A DNA stretch of 35,350 bases from Vezdaea acicularis (Eukaryota). The position numbers were made by a program, and so were the translations under genes. The stretch is taken from contig JAPEUI010000149.1 in assembly GCA_026025075.1 (NCBI GenBank), forward strand, positions 1 through 35,350, read 5' to 3'. The notes below the pieces were generated by a model that saw only the letters and a list, made by a program, of their open reading frames with translations, ran no database searches and had not been told where the DNA came from. Below, piece after piece: positions 34,000 through 35,350 of this stretch. Position 1 is the first letter of the stretch. Each line of letters opens with the position of its first letter.

Positions 34000-35350
34000 C
34001 TAATAAGAGGAAGTACCGGTCGTGTCGGAGGCACCTGTCGCCCCCGTCGTTCCAGTAGTGCCCGAATGGTGTCCCGTAGTAGTCGAGTCTTTCCCGGTCG
34101 TGCTGTCAATTCGAGGGTCCGCCTTATTTGCCAATGAGGACGAGTGAGGTCCTGCGCCAGTCTCACCTACAGTGCCCGTTGGAGCAGTCCAGGTTGTGCC
34201 AGTCTCACCGGTGGTAGTCGTGGTACCTGACGCGCCAGTGGTGCCTGTCGCACCTGTGGTACCGGCGTGGTGGCCCGTCAGAGAAGATTGCTGCCCGGTG
34301 GTGCTGTCGACTCTGGGGTCTGCCTTGTTCTCCAGTGACGAAGAATGGGGTCCAGCACCGCTTTGACCGCTACGGCTAGGGTCATCGTAGGATGCTCCAA
34401 TGGGGCCATCGGTACCTATGTGGGAACCTGGAGGGTAGCTAGCTTTGCTAGTATCCCTGCAACATCGTCAACAGAGTTGGAGGGTTTTCATGACAAAGGG
34501 ACACTTACACTGGCAGCCCCGTGGTGGGATCTGTGACTACGCTGCCGTGTTGACCAGCTGCGGCTGGGTGATCGGCAGGAGGGTCTTTGTGCAGACGGTT
34601 GCGTCCTTCATGCTCAGCGACTGCACCAGTGCCAACGGCCGCACCGGTAGCTGCGGTTCTCTCAGTATCAGTGGTGTCGTGAGTCGTGTCTTCAGACTTG
34701 TCTTTGTGAAGGAATCCAAGAACGCCGCCATGCTTCTTTGGCTCTCTCTCATCCTCAGCAGCAACAATCTCCTTCTCGTGACGCTTATCGTGGTGGGTAG
34801 TTGTGTCCTTGCTCTTGTCCTTATGAAGGAATCCAAGAAGCCCTCCGCCCTTCTTCTCTTCCTTTTCTTCTCTCTTCTCCTCCCTTCGCTCCTCCTTCGC
34901 TTCTCTCTTCTCTTCCTTTCGCTCTTCCTTCGCCAAAGCCTTCTCTTCAGCCTTATCGTGCTTCGAGTGTTCATGAGCTACAACGCCGCCCGCGCCTCCC
35001 GCAAGTGCTGCGTCTCGACCATAATGATGATCTTTCTTGGACTGGTCGGAGTCAACCCTTGGATCGGCCTTGTTGGCAATATCGCTTGGATGAGGTCCAG
35101 CCGTGGTTTGAGCTGTGCCTACACCTGTTGATGACTGATGCGCGGGATCACGCTCTCTGTCGGCTTCATAGGCTGTAGTGCCAACAGCTCCAGCACCTAG
35201 CCCAGCAACGCCAGAGTCCCTTGCGTGATGTCCATGGTGACCGGTGGTAGTCTCCTTGCTCCTATCTGAGTCAACGCGAGGATCAGCCTTGTTCGCAAGC
35301 TCGCTAGAATGAGGTCCCGCGGTGGTCGTGGTTCCGGTAGGACCAGTCTC
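34000..35350 (-). CDS. DPR-repeat dehydrin-like hydrophilic stress protein, 5' end outside window; exons >35350-34509, 34456-34000
   Basis: Frame is open from 35350. Four DPR motifs: TAGPHSSELANKADPRVDSD, TAGPHPSDIANKADPRVDSD, GAGPHSSSLENKADPRVDST, GAGPHSSSLANKADPRIDST. Also HYGRDAALAGGAG and KKGGGLLGFLHKDK x2. Intron 34457-34508 (GTAAGT..TTGAC..CAG); stop TAG at 34002-34000. Confidence 0.9.

Overview
Fungal nuclear DNA from a filamentous ascomycete (Pezizomycotina-type): short 50-140 nt GT-AG introns with CT(A/G)A(C/T)-type branch sites and fungal-specific gene families. I built 13 protein-coding models by hand, splicing introns and checking frame continuity. In order: a 5'-truncated disordered ORF; a conserved hypothetical protein; sphingolipid C4-hydroxylase (SUR2); TCTP/TMA19; a HeLo-like-N/ankyrin protein with no NTPase domain; a secreted Mn-bicupin of the oxalate decarboxylase/oxidase family; a J-domain coiled-coil protein with a Cys-rich tail; an EsdC-related CBM48-like protein; a vWA protein; a BTB protein head-to-head with a GNAT acetyltransferase; a thaumatin-like protein; a single-pass PY-motif membrane protein; and a 5'-truncated DPR dehydrin-like protein. 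I saw no tRNA, rRNA, CRISPR or intact transposon. Main observations: (1) 6 of 19 predicted introns use the normally rare AAG acceptor; (2) a 3-copy ~90-bp tandem array just behind the DnaJ stop codon, each unit folding into a hairpin with an apparent compensatory change; (3) the bicupin lid lacks the decarboxylase glutamate, suggesting an oxidase; (4) the BTB protein has a tandemly duplicated C/C/H/C domain; (5) an NLR-effector-like HeLo-like/ANK protein sits beside a decayed, repeat-containing interval. All family calls come from motif recognition, not database searches.
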